From: a virus
Length of the DNA stretch: 64,000 nucleotides
Strand: one strand, 5' to 3'
IMG/VR virus record: IMGVR_UViG_3300031466_000074
This document shows positions 38,452 to 47,600 of this stretch, piece by piece; the first letter of the stretch is position 1, and each line of letters opens with the position of its first letter. The notes under the pieces were generated by a model. It did not search any database, had not been told where the DNA came from, and was given only the letters and a program-made list of their open reading frames with translations. The position numbers and the translations under genes are program-made.

Positions 38452-38468
38452 CCAACTCAGTCACAAAT

Positions 38469-39089
38469 TTAACGCCTAGTCAACCCAAGCTTCCGCAAAG
38501 AACGATCATAAAGAGCCGCAGTCTTTTTCAGAGGAAAACCCGAATTTACCGGAGAGATCGGACGTCCAGTATTGACCGAAAAGTACGCCCCAACTTGCGG
38601 TTGCCAAAGGGAATAATTTGCATACTCAGGAACCCGATACACCGCATTCTCAGCCAAACCATTTACCCCTGACGCTACCTGTCGCGCTACCGGAAGCAAA
38701 CCGCAAGCGATCACGTCCACCCCACGAACTTGTCCCGGCTTCTGCAAATGAATATTGACATGCCCCGCCAAAACTGCATGCGATTGATCATAACTCGCGT
38801 ATACCCCTGTGAAAAACAAGAGACTTCCTTGTGGCTTGCCGGGAATGCGAATAATAGCTGGGTACCCTTGCACCACGTCCACTTTAACATTCGCCTGTTC
38901 AATACAAGCCGCCGGATCATCGTCGCCTTCAAGAATATCAGCATCAATCAACACAACATTATAAGGAAAACCGCGAGACACTTCTCCAAGATTAAAAGCG
39001 AAAAATGCCCGAGGTCTCCCTTCATAGGGCAACCTAACATACTTCGAGCGAAGATGGAGAACATCAATATCCAAATTTCTAATCTGCAT
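38469..39089 (-). CDS. Hypothetical protein
   Basis: 206 aa; strong RBS AGGAGGAGGGG. Confidence 0.7.
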   Translation of the reverse strand: MQIRNLDIDVLHLRSKYVRLPYEGRPRAFFAFNLGEVSRGFPYNVVLIDADILEGDDDPAACIEQANVKVDVVQGYPAIIRIPGKPQGSLLFFTGVYASYDQSHAVLAGHVNIHLQKPGQVRGVDVIACGLLPVARQVASGVNGLAENAVYRVPEYANYSLWQPQVGAYFSVNTGRPISPVNSGFPLKKTAALYDRSLRKLGLTRR

Positions 39090-39106
39090 AATAGAACCCC
39101 TCCTCC

Positions 39107-39589
39107 TTATAAAGATAAAACCGGGAATGAAGATAATCCCGGAAAGGATGGAATGTGAAGTTGCTTAGGACTCAATCTACCTTCTACAACTTCCGCATTC
39201 CAGTACCCCACATCCGCGTAGGAGAGCGCTGTAGGAATGTCAAAAAAGTGAATTTGAGCTTGATAATCCGTAACCCAATACCCCTGTACCTCCGTACCGC
39301 GCCGCTTCTCACCAAGAACAATAACCGTATCGTTCCGTGAGGGAACATTTCTCCCCTCTGGGATGAATGGCAACTCGTAACTAAGTCCGTCATACGGACT
39401 AAAAACAGGATAGTCCAACGCAGTCGGAACAAAAACACGACCCAACTGAATCTTAAACCCATGTTGCATAATCGCAGTAAGCGGCAAATCCCACCACTCA
39501 CCCGTATAGATTGAAAGCAAACGATACCGATTCCCTGTAAAGAGCGGTTGCCCCTGCAACACCGCTACAATTTTGAACTTTCCATCCAT
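39107..39589 (-). CDS. Hypothetical protein
   Basis: 160 aa; RBS GGAGTGGAG; downstream of an extended -10 promoter. Confidence 0.65.
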   Translation of the reverse strand: MDGKFKIVAVLQGQPLFTGNRYRLLSIYTGEWWDLPLTAIMQHGFKIQLGRVFVPTALDYPVFSPYDGLSYELPFIPEGRNVPSRNDTVIVLGEKRRGTEVQGYWVTDYQAQIHFFDIPTALSYADVGYWNAEVVEGRLSPKQLHIPSFPGLSSFPVLSL

Positions 39590-39692
39590 GACACCAACTC
39601 CACTCCAAAAGAATTGAATGGTTATTGTAACTTACCACCTGATCCGAAAGAGAGCGATACAAGTCCATAAACAGGACGATTTCGTTTCCTTT

Positions 39693-39701
39693 ATTATAAC
39701 A
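39693..39701 (-). promoter_or_regulatory. Extended -10 promoter element
   Basis: TGTTATAAT in a 380-bp AT-rich intergenic region; a similar TGTTATAA lies near 39887-39894. Confidence 0.5.
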
Positions 39702-39903
39702 TTAAAGTGTTACAGTTAACTACCGAGTTCGTATAGGAAGATTACGCCAAGTACAGCCGTGAAGAATGAAAATCGTAAATTTTTACACCTTTTTCCGTCT
39801 AATATAATATAAAACTCTCTCCTATTAACAAAGCGACCAGCAAGGAATCGGTTGAGGTTACTTTGAGTCGTAAAATTATGCGATTGTTATAACATTAGTG
39901 TCC

Positions 39904-39950
39904 AAAAACGTTAAGAGGGCTGAGAACAAATTGGTCAGTTCTCAACCCTC
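39904..39950 (-). terminator. Intrinsic terminator after topoisomerase B
   Basis: GAGGG(C/T)TGAGAAC/GTTCTCA(A/G)CCCTC stem followed by TTAACGTTTTT. Confidence 0.6.
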
Positions 39951-39968
39951 AAAGTCGGCAGTATGAAG

Positions 39969-42071
39969 TTAGCCAACTTCCTGTTCAAGCGGAGTGGTTT
40001 CCGTATTATCACCAGACTCCAACGCCTCAACAGTTTCAGCCAGAAGCTTCAAATCCATATCCAACGAGATTTTCTCGCTGAGCAGATCGAAGACATAATC
40101 CCGACGCTCGTTGTTGACGTCGTTGCCGAACAGCATGTCGGAGATCTTCCGAACCGTCTCATTCTTCGGATCGATCTTGAGTTGCACCAAACGACGAGTT
40201 TCCGGGTTCATAGTCGTATGCCACAGCATTTCCGGGTTATTTTCGCCAAGACCCTTAGAACGATGAATCTTGCGAATCTTGATACCCTCACGCGCCGCCT
40301 TCGCCATGAGCTGGTCGCGCTCCTCAATGCTATAAGCGAACCACGACAGATCATCCGAGATTTCGAGTTCAAACAACGGCGACTCGACAACGTAGACATA
40401 ACCATTCTCCAACAGTTTCGGGAACAGCCGCAGGAACAGCGTGAACAGCAGAACCCGAATTTGCTGACCGTCAATATCCGCATCGGTTGCAAAGATGATT
40501 TTGCTCCAATGGAGCTTCGATTCATCAAAGGTACTAACCCCATCAACCGAAGCATCTACCCCGCAACCAAGCGCCTTGATGATGGTCTTGACAACCTCCA
40601 ACTCAAGGAGCTTGTCGAGCGATAACTTCAGACCATTCGGCGGTTTACCCCGGAGAGGGAGGATGGCTTGGTAATTAGCGTCACGCGCCTTTTTACAAGA
40701 ACTACCCGCCGAGTTACCTTCCGTGATATAGAGTTCGGTCTTCTCCGGGTCACGCGAAATGCAGTCGACCAGCGTGTCCGGTTTATCAATCGGACGACGG
40801 CTGGACTTCGAAGCACGTTCCAGCTTACGGCGTTGGGCTTCGCGTTCTTTCGCTTCTTTACGCGCTTGCGCGGCGGCGAGTACGCGCTCCACCATGAACA
40901 TGAAATCTGGCGACTTTTTCGCATATTCGGTTTCCAGAATATCCGCCAGCACGTATTCAATGTTATCCGCGATAAAAGCGTTGGTTACCCCGTCCTTGGT
41001 CTGACCGATGAAGGACGTGACCTCAGTGTTCGAGAAGGAACTGATCGCCACGCTGATATAATCCTTATAGTCCATCGGCAGAACAGTCAGCCCTTGCTCA
41101 CGACCAAGCCGCGAGAAGAAACGCGACAGCACCGCGTCCGTAACCGTGGGATGAACCCCTTGATTCATTACCCCGGTATTATGGAAGAACATCATGCGGT
41201 TTTTGGAGTCCTCCGTAATGGCGAGATAAACGTCCGCCTTAGTACGGAACTTCTTGGTGCCTTCCTTACCGGAGTTTTTGCGCGTACCGTAGTACATCGC
41301 GATGATATTCTCTTCACCGATGGTTTGCCGGAAGTACTTTTCCAGCCCCAGACCTTCGATCACAACGGTTCCCTTGCCGTGGCGCAGGTTGGTGAACTCA
41401 ATCGTCACCTTGTTCAGATGCGCTTGCGGAATCAAGAAGCGCATGAACATCTCGTGCGTGAAGTCCGTGCTGGTGAAGACCTTATCGTCCGGCTTCCAAT
41501 GAACGAGCGTACCCGTTTCGTTATTGGGATTTTCCAGTTCGATAGCCGGTCCCATGTCCAGTGGGTTACCTTCCTTGAATTCCTTCAAGAAGGCTTTACC
41601 TTCGCGGTACGAGATAACCTTGCACCAAGCCGAAGTGTACTGCGTCGAGGTTGCACCCAGACCATTAAGCCCCATCGGGAACTCATAAGCAAGGTCTTTT
41701 TCATCTTCAACCTCTTCGGCATATTTACCCCCAGCATACAGCTCATTGAAGACCAAGTCCCAGTTGTAACGCTGTTCCTTCTCGTTCCAACCCATTGGTA
41801 CCCCGCGACCGAAGTCACGCACTGAAACGGAACCGTCTTCATGGTAGATGACGATCAGCTTGTTGCCGTATCCCGAACGGGCTTCGTCCATCGAGTTGCC
41901 CACGATCTCAATGACGCTATGAAACGCCCCGTGGACATTGTCCGTACCGAACATAACGGACACCCGGTCGCGTACCCGTGCCGCGCCTTTCTTGGACGAA
42001 ATACTATCGTCGTTATACTCCCCTCGAACTTGAGGGGATTCGGATTCCGGCATTTTGTCCATATCCGACAT
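39969..42071 (-). CDS. Type IIA topoisomerase subunit B (GyrB/ParE-like)
   Basis: GHKL motifs EIVGNSMDE, VRDFGRGVP, GLNGLG; TOPRIM ITEGNSAG, LPLRGK, TDADIDG; KGLGE. Confidence 0.95.
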   Translation of the reverse strand: MSDMDKMPESESPQVRGEYNDDSISSKKGAARVRDRVSVMFGTDNVHGAFHSVIEIVGNSMDEARSGYGNKLIVIYHEDGSVSVRDFGRGVPMGWNEKEQRYNWDLVFNELYAGGKYAEEVEDEKDLAYEFPMGLNGLGATSTQYTSAWCKVISYREGKAFLKEFKEGNPLDMGPAIELENPNNETGTLVHWKPDDKVFTSTDFTHEMFMRFLIPQAHLNKVTIEFTNLRHGKGTVVIEGLGLEKYFRQTIGEENIIAMYYGTRKNSGKEGTKKFRTKADVYLAITEDSKNRMMFFHNTGVMNQGVHPTVTDAVLSRFFSRLGREQGLTVLPMDYKDYISVAISSFSNTEVTSFIGQTKDGVTNAFIADNIEYVLADILETEYAKKSPDFMFMVERVLAAAQARKEAKEREAQRRKLERASKSSRRPIDKPDTLVDCISRDPEKTELYITEGNSAGSSCKKARDANYQAILPLRGKPPNGLKLSLDKLLELEVVKTIIKALGCGVDASVDGVSTFDESKLHWSKIIFATDADIDGQQIRVLLFTLFLRLFPKLLENGYVYVVESPLFELEISDDLSWFAYSIEERDQLMAKAAREGIKIRKIHRSKGLGENNPEMLWHTTMNPETRRLVQLKIDPKNETVRKISDMLFGNDVNNERRDYVFDLLSEKISLDMDLKLLAETVEALESGDNTETTPLEQEVG

Positions 42072-42195
42072 CCTATCTCCTCCTAATCAAGTAATCACGC
42101 GATGAAAGAAACTCAATAACGCGTGTAATACATAAAATTTCTCGGTGTTTCACCGCCTTTAAGGGTGCGTACCATAATATACGAACTATACACCC

Positions 42196-42224
42196 AGTTT
42201 AATAGCTTTTTCTGCAGACGTCAA
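42196..42224 (-). promoter_or_regulatory. sigmaA promoter upstream of topoisomerase B
   Basis: TTGACG-17-TAAACT. Confidence 0.55.
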
Positions 42225-42318
42225 CAAACTCGACCAAAGACAGAAAATATTCGAAGTTTAGAAGTAAACTCAATCAGAAAAAAGCAAACTGACAGCAAAC
42301 TTACCGAAAATGAGTGTA

Positions 42319-43242
42319 CTACCCGCCAAGCAGATCTCGAGTGGATAAGCCAGCGGTGACAGAAGAACGCGCGTCAGGTACATTGACAACCTTTTTAATG
42401 GGCGTCGGAGCATTACCGCTCTCTCCTTTCGGTTGAAGTTCATACGGAATCAACATGTCCAAACGGTGTACCCCTAAACCCTCTGGGGCAAGCAGGTACT
42501 TCAGACCACGACCACCGACTCCTCTGGAGTAACGAACGCTCCAATACCCCATTACATAGGTAGGAAGTCCATTTTTCGCCCGCTCCGAAAGAAGATCGGC
42601 AAGCGCCGTCCAGCCTTTATCTGTAGTATTAGCAGTTGCCTCAATAAAACACAAGTCCGCGTTGACGAAATCGTAGTAAGTCAGCTTAGTGTCTGCGACA
42701 AAACGAAATCCATCAACAGCGGCGATCAGTTCAGGGGAGTACTCCTTAATGTTAGTGTTCTCGCTGGCTTCTCGAAGGGTACCGTAAGGATAATCCCCGA
42801 GCTTTTGAATACCATAAAGAGTGTGACAGGAAACGAAAGGACATACCCCCAAACCCTTCTCAAAGGCAAAGCGCATCGCTCCATATACGAAAAGGCGGGT
42901 ATCAACGACATTCGGATTATGAAAATAGACGCTGAGTCGATACACATTCCCATGATAAAGAGAACGATTAATATTGGAAAAAAGAGTCTTCATTTCATAG
43001 ACAGACTCAGGTGTGAAGTTGGAAACCAAACTCGGACGAAATAATGCCTCGTCAACGAGCGTCGCATCCCGATACTGCGGTGGGATGCGAAGCTGAGAAA
43101 ACAAATCCTCTCCCGTTGTCTCCAACACCGTTTCCGCAACTTTTACCAAATCGGAACAATGCGGACAGGGAACATACCCCTGAGTCTCCAAAAATACGCG
43201 CCCTTCCACACAACGGTAAGGACAAAGAGCATTACTGTTCAT
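42319..43242 (-). CDS. DnaC/DnaI/IstB-like protein with N-terminal Zn finger and degenerate AAA+ motifs
   Basis: Likely start MNSNAL; CPYRC...CPHC then LRIPPQYRDAT; ADLCFIEA in place of Walker B; no GKT. Confidence 0.55.
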   Translation of the reverse strand: MNSNALCPYRCVEGRVFLETQGYVPCPHCSDLVKVAETVLETTGEDLFSQLRIPPQYRDATLVDEALFRPSLVSNFTPESVYEMKTLFSNINRSLYHGNVYRLSVYFHNPNVVDTRLFVYGAMRFAFEKGLGVCPFVSCHTLYGIQKLGDYPYGTLREASENTNIKEYSPELIAAVDGFRFVADTKLTYYDFVNADLCFIEATANTTDKGWTALADLLSERAKNGLPTYVMGYWSVRYSRGVGGRGLKYLLAPEGLGVHRLDMLIPYELQPKGESGNAPTPIKKVVNVPDARSSVTAGLSTRDLLGG

Positions 43243-43633
43243 GAGCTGATACCCCCTCCAGCTCAGTTTCACCGTGTTCCTTGAACTTGGTAAAAACCAG
43301 CAAGCAGAGATCGTAAATACATGACTTGTAGAACGGATTCTTCATAAGACCCTTCAGACCATTTTCCTTCATGGCGTTCGTTACCACAGAAGTCAGGTCT
43401 TTCAAAAGATCCTTCGGATATGTAACCTTGGAAGTCACCTCGATACCCAAAGAAGAACCGATGGCGTATTTATACAGTTGCTCGTAATGTTCCACGGAAA
43501 TATCCAAGCGCTCTTGGATATAGAGCGGATTTCCTGCGTCTACCTGATGCTTGATATGGTTCACGAAAGACCGAACCACTACTCGAGCGGCGTTTCGGAT
43601 TCTTTCATTCGTTTCTACCATTTTCACTTTCAT
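43232..43633 (-). CDS. Hypothetical protein
   Basis: 133 aa; RBS AGGAGCGG; operonic. Confidence 0.7.
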   Translation of the reverse strand: MKVKMVETNERIRNAARVVVRSFVNHIKHQVDAGNPLYIQERLDISVEHYEQLYKYAIGSSLGIEVTSKVTYPKDLLKDLTSVVTNAMKENGLKGLMKNPFYKSCIYDLCLLVFTKFKEHGETELEGVSAHEQ

Positions 43634-43659
43634 AACAACACCGCTCCTACATATTCAAA

Positions 43660-45300
43660 TTAGGTCGCACCTACCTCAACAAACAAATCACAGAGTTCAA
43701 AGTTTAACCCATCCACGACCGAGGACGTAATCAGGCTTTGCCCCTGATTGGAGAGCTTTTGCGCCTCTGAAATACGAAGCTTGAGAACTTTCTCAACGCG
43801 TTGCTTCTCCTTCCCCATCATAACAAGCATCCAGATGTTTTTACCGATAACGTCAAGGGTTCGAATAATACGCCCTTCAACCTGAGTAAGCTTGCCGGGA
43901 TTAGGGTCAACCGTATAAAGAATACAGTTGTCACAAGAGGTAAGGTCAAGACCGCGAATAACATTAGAAATAAGAATATCGTACAACTTATTATTGAAGT
44001 CCGCACAGATCTCAGCACGGACGCGAGTGCTTCCTCCACCTTTGCGCCCATTCAAGATCGCTACCCGATACCCCTCATCGCGAAGACGAGCCGCTAGTGC
44101 TTCCTGTGCCTCAACATACCGACAGTAAATGAACAGTTGCTCCCCCTGCTGACCAACCACTTTCTCCGCCAAATGAAGTACCGCCTTGAGCTTTGGCGTA
44201 GTCTCCTCATTAAAAAGGATATCGGGTTTCACCATCGTAGGATAGTTGGAGACAAGGTCATAGAGATTAGTCTTCTTCATGAGCATCTTTTGCTCCGCCG
44301 AAAGAGGTAAAAAGACCACCTTGACCGTATTGTCCTCAAACTTCGCCCCAAGATTGGCACGGGTACGGGCAAGATAACGCAAAGAAATCGATTCTTTGAA
44401 AAAGCTCTCGTTTTTGTACCCCTTTTTCTCCAAGCGACGGAACCGCCCCATCTTTTTCTCCACAAACAAACGCTCAAACTCCGTTACCGGAGGAAGCAAA
44501 AGTGGGTCAACGAGATACAGTTGATTGTAGATATCCCGCAGATTGGTCTCAAAAACCGTAGCATTGAGCAAAATGCGACGCGGAATGAACTTAAACAGAG
44601 CTTTCGCCGCATCATAAAGATCCGTCGTCGAGTTTTTAAGCGCACTACTTTCATCAAAAATGATCAAGTCAAAAGGATGCTTCGAAACACGCGCAAGAAA
44701 TTCCGGATTAAGCAGAATGGCATGGGTCGCCACGACGTGATGAGAGTACCCCTGCGGGTTACGTTGGAAGAACTTCTCCACTTCCACCTTGGTACCACTC
44801 TCAATCAAGTCCACATAATCACCAGTGAACTTGATGAATTTATCCTGTATTTGCGCGGCAGAACTCTTCTCCGCAAGAAAAAGAGCGCGAAACGGTGGTT
44901 TACCTTCAGCTTCAAAGCGTTTTTCCCAACAGCGAATCAACCCGGCGGCTTGCACCGTTTTCCCTACCCCTACATCGTCTCCAAGCAAAAGCGAACCCGC
45001 ATAGTACATATACGCTACACCAATCGTCTGCTCCGGGCGCAAGGTACCAACAGGCATATTGTCCTTGAAACGACTGGAGTACCCCTGAAGGGTACCGTGT
45101 TGCTTAAGATACTGCTCTGCCTCATACTTGATTTGCAAAACAGTATGCGTCGGAAGATCGTAAATACAATGCCGGAGCGACTCCACCTCCCCCACCTTGG
45201 CGAGACGCAGAAGGATGTCCGCTGTTTCCGCAGACAGAGAACCTTGATAGTATTTTCCTTGATAAATCGCACTCCCTCTAGTTTGCGTCATGATGACCAC
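43660..45300 (-). CDS. SNF2/SF2-family helicase
   Basis: LGDDVGVGKT (motif I), IIFDESS (II), LLNATVFETN (III), FIYCRY (IV), GLDLTSCD (V), QVEGRIIR (VI). Confidence 0.88.
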   Translation of the reverse strand: MVIMTQTRGSAIYQGKYYQGSLSAETADILLRLAKVGEVESLRHCIYDLPTHTVLQIKYEAEQYLKQHGTLQGYSSRFKDNMPVGTLRPEQTIGVAYMYYAGSLLLGDDVGVGKTVQAAGLIRCWEKRFEAEGKPPFRALFLAEKSSAAQIQDKFIKFTGDYVDLIESGTKVEVEKFFQRNPQGYSHHVVATHAILLNPEFLARVSKHPFDLIIFDESSALKNSTTDLYDAAKALFKFIPRRILLNATVFETNLRDIYNQLYLVDPLLLPPVTEFERLFVEKKMGRFRRLEKKGYKNESFFKESISLRYLARTRANLGAKFEDNTVKVVFLPLSAEQKMLMKKTNLYDLVSNYPTMVKPDILFNEETTPKLKAVLHLAEKVVGQQGEQLFIYCRYVEAQEALAARLRDEGYRVAILNGRKGGGSTRVRAEICADFNNKLYDILISNVIRGLDLTSCDNCILYTVDPNPGKLTQVEGRIIRTLDVIGKNIWMLVMMGKEKQRVEKVLKLRISEAQKLSNQGQSLITSSVVDGLNFELCDLFVEVGAT

Positions 45301-45304
45301 CTCA

Positions 45305-45643
45305 TTATATCAAAACATTAAGCGTGGGGGTGAAATCCATTCGAAGCGGTTCCGACAAAGAAGGAGCATTAACGCTCCGCTTAAAATCCTGATAACACAA
45401 ACAAAGCAAACGTTGCTTTTCCTTGTTCAACGGATTCGCAGAATAATGCACATATTGAGCAACGAGTGCTTCCGCATACTTATTCCCTTGTTTACAGTAC
45501 TCCCCAACGACGCGACCTTCCCCGTGATCCTCCAAATTCGCCAGAACAGTGCGAAGACTGACCAGCGGACGCCGCGCTCCTTTGCGATAAGGATCGAACT
45601 TATTCTTCGGCTTTGCCGCTTTATGTGAAGTCGACTTAGACAT
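45305..45643 (-). CDS. Hypothetical protein (about 112 aa)
   Basis: Likely start MSKSTSH with RBS GGGGG; the longer track ORF overlaps another gene. Confidence 0.55.
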   Translation of the reverse strand: MSKSTSHKAAKPKNKFDPYRKGARRPLVSLRTVLANLEDHGEGRVVGEYCKQGNKYAEALVAQYVHYSANPLNKEKQRLLCLCYQDFKRSVNAPSLSEPLRMDFTPTLNVLI

Positions 45644-45737
45644 ATACAACCCCCAGAAAAATTGATACCTATATAAGATATCTGCGATGAAAAGTACAGA
45701 AAGGTAACTATGAGTCAAAAATAAAGCTGGACTGCCC

Positions 45738-45941
45738 TTAAAAGAGCAGTCCAGCTTGCAGACAAACCTTAACTTCCTCGAAAACTTCCGCATCTAGAAT
45801 AGCAAACCCGGATTCCGAAAGTTGAAGTAAGGCAAGATACCCCTGCGGGGTCACGTGGAGATTGTGGTAAAAGAGATAGGTAGAGACACGAATCCCTTCA
45901 AACTTAGGTACATAGAGTAAGTAAAGCAGATCCCCTCTCAA
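45738..45941 (-). CDS. Small hypothetical protein
   Basis: 67 aa; TTG start with GGTGAT RBS; fills the gap in the operon. Confidence 0.4.
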   Translation of the reverse strand: MRGDLLYLLYVPKFEGIRVSTYLFYHNLHVTPQGYLALLQLSESGFAILDAEVFEEVKVCLQAGLLF

Positions 45942-45981
45942 TAGTCATCACCAATAATAGTGTACCCCCGAGTAGGGAACG

Positions 45982-46866
45982 TTATACATCCTCTTTGACA
46001 TCCGAAAGTACGATACTACCCCTGCAGACACTCCCGTTAACCTTCTTCGGACAGTAGTACGTATGAAGCGGGTGAGACAAACGCTTCATGCGCGTGAAGG
46101 TATGCCCGCACTTATCGCAACGATACTCATACCGCCAATCAAGTGACTCACTGCAGTAAACCGAGATATTGAACCCATGTTGATTATTCATCGTATGCAT
46201 CATACCTTTGAACTCCGCACCATGCCCCTTGCCCGGAAAACGAACATGGATCATCTCATGCAAAAGAACGTCACGAAACTCTTCCGGCGTTCGGTTGCGA
46301 AGTAAAGAAGAAAGCTCAATACGCCCCGGAAACGTTTCAACGATACGCCGATTATACCGACGAACTCGGTAACGATAACGACCCCAAGTACGGGAAAGGC
46401 GTGGATTCCACTTGATTCCTATATAAGTAGGTAACACACCCCCAAAATACTGCTGGTTATACTGATTATACAAGAGCTTAAGTTGCGTGTCCGTCCCCTG
46501 CATGTTCGAATACCCCAAGAGCGTTGCTACGGTATCGTACTGCATAGTCGGGGCGTCCCCGCCCTTATCCGAAGGAACCATATACTGCTCACCCTGTAAA
46601 ACCAACGGAAGCGGATTAACAAGTGCGGTATCCCGATGGATCGTAAAATCGGGATGTCCTGAAATGTCCTGATGTTCACCAAAATCTTTCACAATAAGGT
46701 TGTAGGTATCGAGGTCGATATCATATACACGTTCGTTACGTCCAGAAAAAGACCTCGAATTCAACGAACGAGAAGAACGAACGGATTCAAGCGCAACTCG
46801 TTTTCCCACAACCTGTCCACCCAACAAAAGATCATGCAAGGTGCGCAAAATGTACCCCGAACTAGA
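45982..46866 (-). CDS. SprT-like zinc metalloprotease with C-terminal Zn ribbon
   Basis: LLHEMIH (HExxH), HGAEFK, YRCDKCG...YYCPK; start at MSSSGY (RBS GAGGGG). Confidence 0.85.
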   Translation of the reverse strand, partial: SSSGYILRTLHDLLLGGQVVGKRVALESVRSSRSLNSRSFSGRNERVYDIDLDTYNLIVKDFGEHQDISGHPDFTIHRDTALVNPLPLVLQGEQYMVPSDKGGDAPTMQYDTVATLLGYSNMQGTDTQLKLLYNQYNQQYFGGVLPTYIGIKWNPRLSRTWGRYRYRVRRYNRRIVETFPGRIELSSLLRNRTPEEFRDVLLHEMIHVRFPGKGHGAEFKGMMHTMNNQHGFNISVYCSESLDWRYEYRCDKCGHTFTRMKRLSHPLHTYYCPKKVNGSVCRGSIVLSDVKEDV

Positions 46867-46958
46867 CATCAAATACCCCTCCCTCACGAAAACAGAAGCT
46901 ATACCGAGTATAGCTTCTGCTTTGAAAGAGGATCAACCTTATTCGATTGAGTGTTAAA

Positions 46959-47579
46959 TCAATGTCCGTTTCGCCTTTTACGAATTTCCGGGAATTTACC
47001 AGTCTTTCGAGCGAGATTGTAGCAAGAACGACAAACCGAACGGTAGATGTCCTTATCACCTACCAAAACCTGCTCACCCTCAAAGACCGGAATTTGTGCC
47101 TTCGGATCAAGGCGAAGGTTGAACAGCGCCTTACGGTTACAGCACCAGCAAATGGCTTTACTCTCACGAATATCATCCGCAATCTCAAAGAGCCGTTTGC
47201 TCGCCGGGAAGATTTTTGTCTGGAAGTCCGAACGCAAACCAAAATGCATAACCGGGATATTCAACTCGTCAACGATACGAGCCGTCTCGTCAATGTGAGC
47301 TTCCGTCAAGAAATGACACTCATCAACGAGAATGAGATCAACCGGATTCTGCTGTGCAAAACGGAACATAGAACCGTCTGCTACCAAACCCACCACCAAG
47401 TCAACCTTCACACAAAGATCTTTGGCGCGAGAGTAAATTACACCGGGGTTGCGAGTGTCGATGATCGACTTGAAGGTAGCAACCTCTTTACCACACTCCA
47501 AATAGGAGTGCCGAATGTTCAATATTTCATTGGACTTACCAGAATTCATCGTCCCGTAACGGAAATACAATTTCGCCAT
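46959..47579 (-). CDS. tdk: Thymidine kinase (type II)
   Basis: YGTMNSGKS, ILVDECHF, FGLRSDF, Zn ligands CWCC and CRSC. Confidence 0.95.
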   Translation of the reverse strand: MAKLYFRYGTMNSGKSNEILNIRHSYLECGKEVATFKSIIDTRNPGVIYSRAKDLCVKVDLVVGLVADGSMFRFAQQNPVDLILVDECHFLTEAHIDETARIVDELNIPVMHFGLRSDFQTKIFPASKRLFEIADDIRESKAICWCCNRKALFNLRLDPKAQIPVFEGEQVLVGDKDIYRSVCRSCYNLARKTGKFPEIRKRRNGH

Positions 47580-47600
47580 TAAATTCGACCCTTTCTGCGA

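Noticed and set aside
30801-39651. Identical 10-mer ATCCGAAAGA downstream of two promoters (30801 and 39642)
   Set aside because: Only two copies at different distances from their -10 elements, which is compatible with chance.
39590-39968. Possible riboswitch (c-di-GMP, given the EAL gene) or small hydrophobic ORF in the AT-rich spacer
   Set aside because: No GEMM-like consensus was recognised, and the hydrophobic frame (LRFSFFTAVLGVIFLYELGS) lacks a valid start codon.
36114-47579. Jumbo-phage interpretation (topoisomerase, tdk, ligase, helicase)
   Set aside because: No capsid, terminase, tail or lysis genes in 64 kb, while conjugation, Tad and ParMR genes are present. It cannot be fully excluded without the rest of the replicon.
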